Below are positions 35,301 through 50,300 of a stretch of 64,000 nt of DNA, one piece after another. The position numbers and the translations under genes are program-made. The notes beneath the pieces are model-generated. The model was not told the origin of the DNA. It made no database searches and was given only the letters and a program-made list of their open reading frames with translations. Within the stretch, counting starts at the first letter, position 1. The number at the start of each line of letters is the position of its first letter. Origin of the DNA: Eledone cirrhosa (taxonomy: Eukaryota); NCBI GenBank assembly GCA_964016885.1, contig OZ024741.1, positions 6,138,001 through 6,202,000 on the forward strand. Direction: 5' to 3'.

Positions 35301-38300
35301 TATTCTGTAGCTGACAGATGTAAAGGTATTCTGTACCTGACAGGTATAAAGGTATTCTGTACCTGACAGGTATAAAGGTATTCTGTTCCTTACAGGTATA
35401 AAGGTATTCTGTACCTGACAGATGTAAAGGTATTCTGTTCCTGACAGATGTAAAGGTATTCTGTACCTGACAGGTATAAAGGTATTCTGTACCTGACAGG
35501 TATAAAGGTATTCTGTTCCTGACAGATGTAAAGGTATTCTGTACCTAACAGATGTAAAGGTATTCTGTACCTGACAGGTATAAAGGTATTCTGTTCCTGA
35601 CAAGTATAAAGGTATTTTGTTTCTGACAGGTATAAAGATATTCTGTTCCTGACAGGTATAAAGGTATTCTGTACCTGACAGGTATAAAGGCATTCTGTAC
35701 CTGACAGGAATGAAGGTATTCTGTTCCTGACAGTTGTAAAGGTATTCTGTTCCTGACAGATGTAAAGGTATTCTGTACCTGACAGGTATAAAGGTATTCT
35801 GTTCCTGACAGATTTAAAGGTATTCTGTTCCTGACAGGTATAAAGGTATTCTGTACCTGACAGGTATAAAGGTATTCTGTTCCTGACAGATGTAAAGGTA
35901 TTCTGTACCTGACAGATGTAAAGGTATTCTGTACCTGACAGGTATAAAGGTATTCTGTTCCTGACAGATGTAAAGGTATTCTGTACCTGACAGATGTAAA
36001 GGTATTCTGTACCTGACAGGTATAAAGGTATTCTGTACCTGACAGGTATAAAGGTATTCTGTTTCTGACAGGTATAGAGGTATTCTGTACCTGACAGGTA
36101 TAAAGGTATTCTGTACCTGACAGGTATAAAGGTATTCTGTACCTGACAGATATAAAGGTATTCTGTTCCTGACATGTATAAAGGTATTCTGTACCTGACA
36201 TATATAAAGGTATTCTGTACCTGACAGGTATAAATTATTCTGTACCTGACAGGTATAAAGGTATTCTGTACCTGACAGGTATAAAGGTATTCTGTACCTG
36301 ACAGGTATAAAGGTATTCTGTACCTGACAGGTATAAAGGTATTCTGTACCTGAGAGATATAAAGGTATTCTGTACCGGACAGGTATAATGGTATTCCGTA
36401 CCTGACAGGTATAAAGGTATTCTGTACCTGACAGGTATAAAGGTATTCTGTACCTGACAGATATAAAGGTATTCTGTTCCTGACATGTATAAAGGTATTC
36501 TGTACCTGACAGATATAAAGGTATTCTGTACCTGACAGGTATAAATTATTCTGTACCTGACAGGTATAAAGGTATTCTGTTCCTGACAGATGTAAAGGTA
36601 TTCTGTACCTGACAGATGTAAAGGTATTCTGTACCTGACAGATGTAAAGGTATTCTGTACCTGACAGATGTAAAGGTATTCTGTACCTGACAGGTATAAA
36701 GGTATTCTGTACCCGACAGGTATAAAGGTATTCTGTCCCAGACAAATAAAAAGGTATTCTGTACCTGACAGATGTAAAGGTATTCTTTACCTGACAGGTA
36801 TAAAGGTATTCTGTACCTGACAGATATAAAGGTATTCTGTTCCTGACAGATGTAAAGGTATTCTGTACCTGACAGATGTAAAGGTATTCTGTAGCTGACA
36901 GATGTAAAGGTATTCTGTACCTGCCAGGTATAAAGGTATACTGTACCTGACAGGTATAAAGGTATTCTGTAGCTGACAGATGTAAAGGTATTCTGTACCT
37001 GACAGGTATAAAGGTATTCTGTACCTGACAGGTATAAAGGTATTCTGTTCCTTACAGGTATAAAGGTATTCTGTACCTGACAGATGTAAAGGTATTCTGT
37101 TCCTGACAGATGTAAAGGTATTCTGTACCTGACAGGTATAAAGGTATTCTGTACCTGACAGGTATAAAGGTATTCTGTTCCTGACAGATGTAAAGGTATT
37201 CTGTACCTAACAGATGTAAAGGTATTCTGTACCTGACAGGTATAAAGGTATTCTGTTCCTGACAAGTATAAAGGTATTTTGTTTCTGACAGGTATAAAGA
37301 TATTCTGTTCCTGACAGGTATAAAGGTATTCTGTACCTGACAGGTATAAAGGCATTCTGTACCTGACAGGAATGAAGGTATTCTGTTCCTGACAGTTGTA
37401 AAGGTATTCTGTTCCTGACAGATGTAAAGGTATTCTGTACCTGACAGGTATAAAGGTATTCTGTTCCTGACAGATTTAAAGGTATTCTGTTCCTGACAGA
37501 TGTAAAGGTATTCTGTACCTGACAGGTATAAAGGTATTCTGTACCTGACAGGTATAAAGGTATTCTGTTCCTGACAGATGTAAAGGTATTCTGTACCTGA
37601 CAGATGTAAAGGTATTCTGTACCTAACAGATGTAAAGGTATTCTGTACCTGACAGGTATAAAGGTATTCTGTTCCTGACAAGTATAAAGGTATTTTGTTT
37701 CTGACAGGTATAAAGATATTCTGTTCCTGACAGGTATAAAGGTATTCTGTACCTGACAGGTATAAAGGCATTCTGTACCTGACAGGAATGAAGGTATTCT
37801 GTTCCTGACAGTTGTAAAGGTATTCTGTTCCTGACAGATGTAAAGGTATTCTGTACCTGACAGGTATAAAGGTATTCTGTTCCTGACAGATTTAAAGGTA
37901 TTCTGTTCCTGACAGGTATAAAGGTATTCTGTACCTGACAGGTATAAAGGTATTCTGTTCCTGACAGATGTAAAGGTATTCTGTACCTGACAGATGTAAA
38001 GGTATTCTGTACCTGACAGGTATAAAGGTTTTCTGTTCCTGACAGATGTAAAGGTATTCTGTACCTGACAGATGTAAAGGTATTCTGTACCTGACAGGTA
38101 TAAAGGTATTCTGTACCTGACAGGTATAAAGGTATTCTGTTTCTGACAGGTATAGAGGTATTCTGTACCTGACAGGTATAAAGGTATTCTGTACCTGACA
38201 GGTATAAAGGTATTCTGTACCTGACAGATATAAAGGTATTCTGTTCCTGACATGTATAAAGGTATTCTGTACCTGACATATATAAAGGTATTCTGTACCT

Positions 38301-41300
38301 GACAGGTATAAATTATTCTGTACCTGACAGGTATAAAGGTATTCTGTACCTGACAGGTATAAAGGTATTCTGTACCTGACAGGTATAAAGGTATTCTGTA
38401 CCTGACAGGTATAAAGGTATTCTGTACCTGAGAGATATAAAGGTATTCTGTACCGGACAGGTATAATGGTATTCCGTACCTGACAGGTATAAAGGTATTC
38501 TGTACCTGACAGGTATAAAGGTATTCTGTACCTGACAGATATAAAGGTATTCTGTTCCTGACATGTATAAAGGTATTCTCTACCTGACAGATATAAAGGT
38601 ATTCTGTACCTGACAGGTATAAATTATTCTGTACCTGACAGGTATAAAGGTATTCTGTTCCTGACAGATGTAAAGGTATTCTGTTCCTGACAGATGTAAA
38701 GGTATTCTGTACCTGACAGGTATAAAGGTATTCTGTACCTGACAGGTATAAAGGCATTCTGTTCCTGACAGATGTAAAGGTATTCTGTACCTGACAGATG
38801 TAAAGGTATTCTGTACCTGACAGATGTAAAGGTATTCTGTACCTGACAGGTATAAAGGTATTCTGTTTCTGACAGGTATAGAGGTATTCTGTACCTGACA
38901 GGTATAAAGGTATTCTGTACCTGACAGGTATAAAGGTATTCTGTACCTGACAGATATAAAGGTATTCTGTTCCTGACATGTATAAAGGTATTCTGTAGCT
39001 GACAGATATAAAGGTATTCTGTACCTGACAGGTATAAATTATTATGTACCTGACAGGTATAAAGGTATTCTGTACCTGACAGGTATAAAGGTATTCTGTA
39101 CCTGACAGGTTTAAAGGTATTCTGTACCCGACAGGTATAAAGGTATTCTGTCCCTGACAGATAAAAAGGTATTCTGTACCTGACAGATGTAAAGGTATTC
39201 TTTACCTGACAGGTATAAAGGTATTCTGTACCTGACAGATGTAAAGGTATTCTGTACCTGACAGGTATAAAGGTATACTGTACCTGACAGGTATAAAGGT
39301 ATTCTGTAGCTGACAGATGTAAAGGTATTCTGTACCTGACAGGTATAAAGGTATTCTGTACCTGACAGGTATAAAGGTATTCTGTTCCTTACAGGTATAA
39401 AGGTATTCTGTACCTGACAGATGTAAAGGTATTCTGTACCTGACAGGTATAAAGGTATTCTGTACCTGACAGATATAAAAGTATTCTGTACCTGACAGGT
39501 ATAAAGGTATTCTGTACATGACAGGTATAAAGGTATTCTGTTCAAGACAGGTATAAAGGTATTATGTTCCTGACAAGTATAAAGATATTCTGTTCCTGAC
39601 AGGTATAAAGGTATTCTGTACCTGACAGGTATAAAGGCATTCTGTACCTAACAGGAATGAAGGTATTCTGTTCCTGACAGTTGTAAAGGTATTCTGTTCC
39701 TGACAGATGTAAAGGTATTCTGTACCTGACAGGTATAAAGGTATTCTGTTCCTGACAGATGTAAAGGTATTCTGTTCCTGACAGATGTAAAGGTATTCTG
39801 TACCTGACAGGTATAAAGGTATTCTGTTCCTGACAGATGTAAAGGTATTCTGTTCCTGACAGATGTAAAGGTATTCTGTACCTGACAGGTATAAAGGTAT
39901 TCTGTTCCTGACAGATGTAAAGGTATTCTGTTCCTGACAGATGTAAAGGTATTCTGTTCCTGACATGTATAAAGGTATTCTGTACCTGACAGATATAAAG
40001 GTATTCTGTACCTGACAGGTATAGAGGTATTCTGTACCTGACAGGTATAAAGGTATTCTGTACCTGACAGGTATAAAGGTATTCTGTACCTGACAGATAT
40101 AAAGGTATTCTGTTCCTGACATGTATAAAGGTATTCTGTACCTGACAGATATAAAGGTATTCTGTACCTGACAGGTATAAATTATTCTGTACCTGACAGG
40201 TATAAAGGTATTCTGTACCTGACAGGTATAAAAGTATTCTGTACCTGACAAATAAAAAGGTATTCTGTACCTGACAGATGTAAAGGTATTCTTTACCTGA
40301 CAGGTATAAAGGTATTCTGTACCTGACAGATATAAAGGTATTCTGTTCCTGACAGATGTAAAGGTATTCTGTACCTGACAGATGTAAAGGTATTCTGTAG
40401 CTGACAGATGTAAAGGTATTCTGTACCTGCCAGGTATAAAGGTATACTGTACCTGACAGGTATAAAGGTATTCTGTAGCTGACAGATGTAAAGGTATTCT
40501 GTACCTGACAGGTATAAAGGTATTCTGTACCTGACAGGTATAAAGGTATTCTGTTCCTTACAGGTATAAAGGTATTCTGTACCTGACAGATGTAAAGGTA
40601 TTCTGTTCCTGACAGATGTAAAGGTATTCTGTACCTGACAGGTATAAAGGTATTCTGTACCTGACAGGTATAAAGGTATTCTGTTCCTGACAGATGTAAA
40701 GGTATTCTGTACCTAACAGATGTAAAGGTATTCTGTACCTGACAGGTATAAAGGTATTCTGTTCCTGACAAGTATAAAGGTATTTTGTTTCTGACAGGTA
40801 TAAAGATATTCTGTTCCTGACAGGTATAAAGGTATTCTGTACCTGACAGGTATAAAGGCATTCTGTACCTGACAGGAATGAAGGTATTCTGTTCCTGACA
40901 GTTGTAAAGGTATTCTGTTCCTGACAGATGTAAAGGTATTCTGTACCTGACAGGTATAAAGGTATTCTGTTCCTGACAGATTTAAAGGTATTCTGTTCCT
41001 GACAGATGTAAAGGTATTCTGTACCTGACAGGTATAAAGGTATTCTGTACCTGACAGGTATAAAGGTATTCTGTTCCTGACAGATGTAAAGGTATTCTGT
41101 ACCTGACAGATGTAAAGGTATTCTGTACCTGACAGGTATAAAGGTATTCTGTACCTGACAGGTATAAAGGTATTCTGTTTCTGACAGGTATAGAGGTATT
41201 CTGTACCTGACAGGTATAAAGGTATTCTGTACCTGACAGGTATAAAGGTATTCTGTACCTGACAGATATAAAGGTATTCTGTTCCTGACATGTATAAAGG

Positions 41301-44300
41301 TATTCTGTACCTGACATATATAAAGGTATTCTGTACCTCACAGGTATAAATTATTCTGTACCTGACATGTATAAAGGTATTCTGTACCTGACAGGTATAA
41401 AGGTATTCTGTACCTGACAGGTATAAAGGTATTCTGTACCTGACAGGTATAAAGGTATTCTGTAACTGAGAGATATAAAGGTATTCTGTACCGGACAGGT
41501 ATAAAGGTATTCCGTACCTGACAGGTATAAAGGTATTCTGTACCTGACAGGTATAAAGGTATTCTGTACCTGACAGATATAAAGGTATTCTGTTCCTGAC
41601 AGATGTAAAGGTATTCTGTACCTGACAGATGTAAAGGTATTCTGTACCTGACAGATGTAAAGGTATTCTGTTCCTGACAGATGTAAAGGTATTCTGTACC
41701 TGACAGGTATAAAGGTATTCTGTTCCTGGCAGATGTAAAGGTATTCTGTTCCTGACAGATGTAAAGGTATTCTGTACCTGACAGGTATAAAGGTATTCTG
41801 TTCCTGACAGATGTAAAGGTATTCTGTTCCTGACAGATGTAAAGGTATTCTGTACCTGACAGGTATAAAGGTATTCTGTACCTGACAGGTATAAAGGTAT
41901 TCTGTTCCTGACAGATGTAAAGGTATTCTGTACCTGACAGATGTAAAGGTATTCTGTACCTGACAGGTATAAAGGTATTCTGTACCTGACAGGTATAAAG
42001 GTATTCTGTTTCTGACAGGTATAGAGGTATTCTGTACCTGACAGGTATAAAGGTATTCTGTACCTGACAGGTATAAAGTTATTCTGTACCTGACAGATAT
42101 AAAGGTTTTCTGTTCCTGACATGTATAAAGGTATTCTGTAGCTGACAGATATAAAGGTATTCTGTACCTGACAGGTATAAATTATTCTGTACCTGACACG
42201 TATAAAGGTATTCTGTACCTGACAGGTATAAAGGTATTCTGTACCTGACAGGTATAAAGGTATTCTGTACCCGACAGGTATAAAGGTATTCTGTCCCTGA
42301 CAGATAAAAAGGTATTCTGTACCTGACAGATGTAAAGGTATTCTTTACCTGACAGGTATAAAGGTATTCTGTACCTGACAGATGTAAAGGTATTCTGTTC
42401 CTGACAGATGTAAAGTTATTCTGTACCTGACAGATATAAAGGTATTCTGTACCTGACAGATGTAAAGGTATTCTGTACCTGACAGATGTAAAGGTATTCT
42501 GTACCTGACAGATGTAAAGGTATTCTGTACCTGACAGGTATAAAGGTATACTGTACCTGACAGGTATAAAGGTATTCTGTAGCTGACAGATGTAAAGGTA
42601 TTCTGTACCTGACAGGTATAAAGGTATTCTGTACCTGACAGGTATAAAGGTATTCTGTTCCTTACAGGTATAAAGGTATTCTGTACCTGACAGATGTAAA
42701 GGTATTCTGTACCTGACAGGTATAAAGGTATTCTGTACCTGACAGATATAAAAGTATTCTGTACCTGACAGGTATAAAGGTATTCTGTACATGACAGGTA
42801 TAAAGGTATTCTGATCAAGACAGGTATAAAGGTATTATGTTCCTGACAAGTATAAAGATATTCTGTTCCTGACAGGTATAAAGGTATTCTGTACCTGACA
42901 GGTATAAAGGCATTCTGTACCTAACAGGAATGAAGGTATTCTGTTCCTGACAGTTGTAAAGGTATTCTGTTCCTGACAGATGTAAAGGTATTCTGTACCT
43001 GACAGATGTAAAGGTATTCTGTACCTGACAGGTATAAAGGTATTCTGTTCCTGACAGATGTAAAGGTATTCTGTTCCTGACAGATGTAAAGGTATTCTGT
43101 ACCTGACAGGTATAAAGGTATTCTGTTCCTGACAGATGTAAAGGTATTCTGTTCCTGACAGATGTAAAGGTATTCTGTACCTGACAGGTATAAAGGTATT
43201 CTGTTCCTGACAGATGTAAAGGTATTCTGTTCCTGACAGATGTAAAGGTATTCTGTACCTGACAGGTATAAAGGTATTCTGTACCTGACAGGTATAAAGG
43301 TATTCTGTTCCTGACAGATGTAAAGGTATTCTGTACCTGACAGATGTAAAGGTATTCTGTACCTGACAGGTATAAAGGTATTCTGTACCTGATAGGTATA
43401 AAGGTATTCTGTTTCTGACAGGTATAGAGGTATTCTGTACCTGACAGGTATAAAGGTATTCTGTACCTGACAGGTATAAAGTTATTCTGTACCTGACAGA
43501 TATAAAGGTATTCTGTTCCTGACATGTATAAAGGTATTCTGTACCTGACAGATATAAAGGTATTCTGCACCTGACAGGTATAAAGGTATTCCGTACCTGA
43601 CAGGTATAAAGGTATTCTGTACCTGACAGATATAAAGTATTCTGTTCCTGACATGTATAAAGGTATTCTGTACCTGACAGATATAAAGGTATTCTGTACC
43701 TGACAGGTATAAATTATTCTGTACCTGACAGGTATAAAGGTATTCTGTTCCTGACAGATGTAAAGGTGTTCTGTTCCTGACAGATGTAAAGGTATTCTGT
43801 ACCTGACAGGTATAAAGGTATTCTGTACCTGACAGGTATAAAGGTATTCTGTTCCTGACAGATGTAAAGGTATTCTGTACCTGACAGATGTAAAGGTATT
43901 CTGTACCTGACAGGTATAAAGGTATTCTGTACCTGACAGGTATAAAGGTATTCTGTTCCCGACAGATGTAAAGGTATTCTGTACCTGACAGTTATAAAGG
44001 TATTCTGTTTCTGACAGGTATAGAGGTATTCTGTACCTGACAGGTATAAAGGTATTCTGTACATGACAGGTATAAAGGTATTCTGTACCTGACAGATATA
44101 AAGGTATTCTGTTCCTGACATGTATAAAGGTATTCTGTACCTGACAGATATAAAGGTATTCTGTACCTGACAGGTATAAATTATTCTGTACCTGACAGGT
44201 ATAAAGGTATTCTGTACCTGACAGGTATAAAGGTATTCTGTACCTGACAGGTATGAAGGTATTCTGTACCTGACAGGTATAAAGGTATTCTGTACCTGAG

Positions 44301-47300
44301 AGATATAAAGGTATTCTGTACCGGACAGGTATAAAGGTATTCCGTACCCGACAGGTATAAAGGTATTCTGTACCTGACAGGTATAAAGGTATTCTGTACC
44401 TGACAGATATAAAGGTATTCTGTACCTGACAGGTATAAAGGTATTCTGTACCTGACAGATGTAAAGGTATTCTGTTCCTGACAGATGTAAATTTTTTCTG
44501 TACCTGACAGATGTAAAGGTATTCTGTTCCTGACAGATATAAAGGTATTCTGTTCCTGACAGATGTAAAGGTATTCTATACCTGACAGATGTAAAGGTAT
44601 TCTGTACCTGACAGATGTAAAGGTATTCTGTACCTGACATGTATAAAGGTATTCTGTACCTGACAGGTATAAAGGTATTCTGTACCTGACAGATGTAAAG
44701 GTATTCTGTTCCTGACAGGTATAAAGGTATTCTGTACCTGACAGATGTAAAGGTATTCTGTACCTGACAGGTATAAAGGTATTCTGTTCCTGACAGATGT
44801 AAAGGTATTCTGTTCCTGACAGATGTAAAGGTATTCTGTACCTGACAGGTATAAAGGTATTCTGTACCTGACAGGTATAAAGGTATTCTGTTCCTGACAG
44901 ATGTAAAGGTATTCTGTACCTGACAGATGTAAAGGTATTCTGTACCTGACAGGTATATAGGTATTCTGTACCTGACAGGTATAAAGGTATTCTGTACCTG
45001 ACAGGTATAAAGTTATTCCGTACCTGACAGGTATAAAGGCATTCTGTACCTGACAGGAATGAAGGTATTCTGTACCCGACAGGTATAAAGGTATTCTGTC
45101 CCTGACAGATAAAAAGGTATTCTGTACCTGACAGATGTAAAGGTATTCTTTACCTGACAGGTATAAAGGTATTCTGTACCTGACAGATATAAAGGTATTC
45201 TGTTCCTGACAGATGTAAAGGTATTCTGTACCTGACAGATGTAAAGGTATTCTGTACCTGACAGATGTAAAGGTATTCTGTACCTGACAGGTATAAAGGT
45301 ATACTGTACCTGACAGGTATAAAGGTATTCTGTAGCTGACAGATGTAAAGGTATTCTGTACCTGACAGGTATAAAGGTATTCTGTACCTGACAGGTATAA
45401 AGGTATTCTGTTCCTTACAGGTATAAAGGTATTCTGTACCTGACAGATGTAAAGGTATTCTGTTCCTGACAGATGTAAAGGTATTCTGTACCTGACAGGT
45501 ATAAAGGTATTCTGTACCTGACAGGTATAAAGGTATTCTGTTCCTGACAGATGTAAAGGTATTCTGTACCTAACAGATGTAAAGGTATTCTGTACCTGAC
45601 AGGTATAAAGGTATTCTGTTCCTGACAAGTATAAAGGTATTTTGTTTCTGACAGGTATAAAGATATTCTGTTCCTGACAGGTATAAAGTTATTCTGTACC
45701 TGACAGGTATAAAGGCATTCTGTACCTGACAGGAATGAAGGTATTCTGTTCCTGACAGTTGTAAAGGTATTCTGTTCCTGACAGATGTAAAGGTATTCTG
45801 TACCTGACAGGTATAAAGGTATTCTGTTCCTGACAGATTTAAAGGTATTCTGTTCCTGACAGATGTAAAGGTATTCTGTACCTGACAGGTATAAAGGTAT
45901 TCCGTACCTGACAGGTATAAAGGTATTCTGTACCTGACAGATATAAAGTATTCTGTTCCTGACATGTATAAAGGTATTCTGTACCTGACAGGTATAAAGG
46001 TATTCTGTACCTGACAGGTATAAAGGTATTCTGTTTCTGACAGGTATAGAGGTATTCTGTACCTGACAGGTATAAAGGTATTCTGTACCTGACAGGTATA
46101 AAGGTATTCTGTACCTGACAGATGTAAAGGTATTCTGTTCCTGACAGGTATAAAGGTATTCTGTACCTGACAGATGTAAAGGTATTCTGTACCTGACAGG
46201 TATAAAGGTATTCTGTTCCTGACAGATGTAAAGGTATTCTGTTCCTGACAGATGTAAAGGTATTCTGTACCTGACAGGTATAAAGGTATTCTGTACCTGA
46301 CAGGTATAAAGGTATTCTGTTCCTGACAGATGTAAAGGTATTCTGTACCTGACAGATGTAAAGGTATTCTGTACCTGACAGGTATATAGGTATTCTGTAC
46401 CTGACAGGTATAAAGGTATTCTGTACCTGACAGGTATAAAGGTATTCTGTACCTGACAGGTATAAAGGTATTCTGTACCTGAGAGATATAAAGGTATTCT
46501 GTACCGGACAGATGTAAAGGTATTCTGTACCTGACAGATGTAAAGGTATTCTGTACCTGACAGATGTAAAGGTATTCTGTACCTGACAGGTATAAAGGTA
46601 TTCTGTACCCGACAGGTATAAAGGTATTCTGTCCCTGACAGATAAAAAGGTATTCTGTACCTGACAGATGTAAAGGTATTCTTTACCTGACAGGTATAAA
46701 GGTATTCTGTACCTGACAGATATAAAGGTATTCTGTTCCTGACAGATGTAAAGGTATTCTGTACCTGACAGATGTAAAGGTATTCTGTACCTGACAGATG
46801 TAAAGGTATTCTGTACCTGACAGGTATAAAGGTATACTGTACCTGACAGGTATAAAGCTATTCTGTAGCTGACAGATGTAAAGGTATTCTGTACCTGACA
46901 GGTATGAAGGTATTCTGTACCTGACAGGTATAAAGGTATTCTGTTCCTTACAGGTATAAAGGTATTCTGTACCTGACAGATGTAAAGGTATTCTGTTCCT
47001 GACAGATGTAAAGGTATTCTGTACCTGACAGGTATAAAGGTATTCTGTACCTGACAGGTATAAAGGTATTCTGTTCCTGACAGATGTAAAGGTATTCTGT
47101 ACCTAACAGATGTAAAGGTATTCTGTACCTGACAGGTATAAAGGTATTCTGTTCCTGACAAGTATAAAGGTATTCTGTTCCTGACAGATTTAAAGGTATT
47201 CTGTTCCTGACAGATGTAAAGGTATTCTGTACCTGACAGGTATAAAGGTATTCTGTACCTGACAGGTATAAAGGTATTCTGTTCCTGACAGATGTAAAGG

Positions 47301-50300
47301 TATTCTGTACCTGACAGATGTAAAGGTATTCTGTACCTGACAGGTATAAAGGTATTCTGTACCTGACAGGTATAAAGGTATTCTGTTTCTGACAGGTATA
47401 GAGGTATTCTGTACCTGACAGGTATAAAGGTATTCTGTACCTGACAGGTATAAAGGTATTCTGTACCTGACAGATATATAGGTATTCTGTTCCTGACATG
47501 TATAAAGGTATTCTGTACCTGACATATATAAAGGTATTCTGTACCTGACAGGTATAAATTATTCTGTACCTGACAGGTATAAAGGTATTCTGTACCTGAC
47601 AGGTATAAAGGTATTCTGTACCTGACAGGTATAAAGGTATTCTGTACCTGACAGGTATAAAGGTATTCTGTACCTGAGAGATATAAAGGTATTCTGTACC
47701 GGACAGGTATAAAGGTATTCCGTACCTGACAGGTATAAAGGTATTCTGTACCTGACATGTATAAAGGTATTCTGTACCTGACAGATATAAAGGTATTCTG
47801 TTCCTGACATGTATAAAGGTATTCTGTACCTGACAGATATAAAGGTATTCTGTACCTGACAGGTATAAATTATTCTGTACCTGACAGGTATAAAGGTATT
47901 CTGTTCCTGACAGATGTAAAGGTATTCTGTTCCTGACAGATGTAAAGGTATTCTGTACCTGACAGGTATAAAGGTATTCTGTACCTGACAGGTATAAAGG
48001 CATTCTGATACTGACAGATGTAAAGGTATTCTGTACCTGACAGATGTAAAGGTATTCTGTACCTGACAGGTATAAAGGTATTCTGTACCTGACAGGTATA
48101 AAGGTATTCTGTTTCTGACAGGTATAGAGGTATTCTGTACCTGACAGGTATAAAGGTATTCTGTACCTGACAGGTATAAAGGTATTCTGTACCTGACAGA
48201 TATAAAGGTATTCTGTTCCTGACATGTATAAAGGTATTCTGTAGCTGACAGATATAAAGGTATTCTGTACCTGACAGGTATAAATTATTCTGTACCTGAC
48301 AGGTATAAAGGTATTCTGTACCTGACAGGTATAAAGGTATTCTGTACCTGACAGGTATAAAGGTATTCTGTACCCGACAGGTATAAAGGTATTCTGTCCC
48401 TGACAGATAAAAAGGTATTCTGTACCTGACAGATGTAAAGGTATTCTTTACCTGACAGGTATAAAGGTATTCTGTACTTGACAGATGTAAAGGTATTCTG
48501 TTCCTGACAGATGTAAAGTTATTCTGTACCTGACAGATATAAAGGTATTCTGTACCTGACAGATGTAAAGGTATTCTGTACCTGACAGGTATAAAGGTAT
48601 TCTGTACCTGACAGATGTAAAGGTATTCTGTTCCTGACAGGTATAAAGGTATTCTATACCTGACAGATGTAAAGGTATTCTGTACCTGACAGGTATAAAA
48701 GTATTCTGTTCCTGACAGATGTAAAGGTATTCTGTTCCTGACAGATGTAAAGGTATTCTGTACCTGACAGGTATAAAGGTATTCTGTACCTGACAGGTAT
48801 AAAGGTATTCTGTTCCTGACAGATGTAAAGGTATTCTGTACCTGACCGATGTAAAGGTATTCTGTACCTGACAGGTATATAGGTATTCTGTACCTGACAG
48901 GTATAAAGGTATTCTATACCTGACAGGTATAAAGGTATTCTGTACCTGACAGGTATAAAGGTATTCTGTACCTGAGAGATATAAAGGTATTCTGTACCGG
49001 ACAGATGTAAAGGTATTCTGTACCGGACAGATGTAAAGGTATTCTGTACCTGACAGATGTAAAGGTATTCTGTACCTGACAGATGTAAAGGTATTCTGTA
49101 CCTGACAGATGTAAAGGTATTCTGTACCTGACAGGTATAAAGGTATTCTGTACCCGACAGGTATAAAGGTATTCTGTCCCTGACAGATAAAAAGGTATTC
49201 TGTACCTGACAGATGTAAAGGTATTCTTTACCTGACAGGTATAAAGGTATTCTGTACCTGACAGATATAAAGGTATTCTGTTCCTGACAGATGTAAAGGT
49301 ATTCTGTACCTGACAGATGTAAAGGTATTCTGTACCTGACAGATGTAAAGGTATTCTGTACCTGACAGGTATAAAGGTATTCTGTACCGGACAGATGTAA
49401 AGGTATTCTGTACCTGACAGATGTAAAGGTATTCTGTTCCTGACAGGTATAAAGGTATTCTGTACCTGACAGATGTAAAGGTATTCTGTACCTGACAGGT
49501 ATAAAGGTATTCTGTTCCTGACAGATGTAAAGGTATTCTGTTCCTGACAGATGTAAAGGTATTCTGTACCTGACAGGTATAAAGGTATTCTGTACCTGAC
49601 AGGTATAAAGGTATTCTGTTCCTGACAGATGTAAAGGTATTCTGTACCTGACAGATGTAAAGGTATTCTGTACCTGACAGGTATATAGGTATTCTGTACC
49701 TGACAGGTATAAAGGTATTCTGTACCTGACAGGTATAAAGGTATTCTGTACCTGACAGGTATAAAGGTATTCTGTACCTGAGAGATATAAAGGTATTCTG
49801 TACCGGACAGATGTAAAGGTATTCTGTACCTGACAGATGTAAAGGTATTCTGTACCTGACAGATGTAAAGGTATTCTGTACCTGACAGATGTAAAGGTAT
49901 TCTGTACCTGACAGGTATAAAGGTATTCTGTACCCGACAGGTATAAAGGTATTCTGTCCCTGACAGATAAAAAGGTATTCTGTACCTGACAGATGTAAAG
50001 GTATTCTTTACCTGACAGGTATAAAGGTATTCTGTACCTGACAGATATAAAGGTATTCTGTTCCTGACAGATGTAAAGGTATTCTGTACCTGACAGATGT
50101 AAAGGTATTCTGTACCTGACAGATGTAAAGGTATTCTGTACCTGACAGGTATAAAGGTATTCTGTACCTGACAGGTATAAAGGTATTCTGTTTCTGACAG
50201 GTATAGAGGTATTCTGTACCTGACAGGTATAAAGGTATTCTGTACCTGACAGGTATAAAGGTATTCTGTACCTGACAGATATAAAGGTATTCTGTTCCTG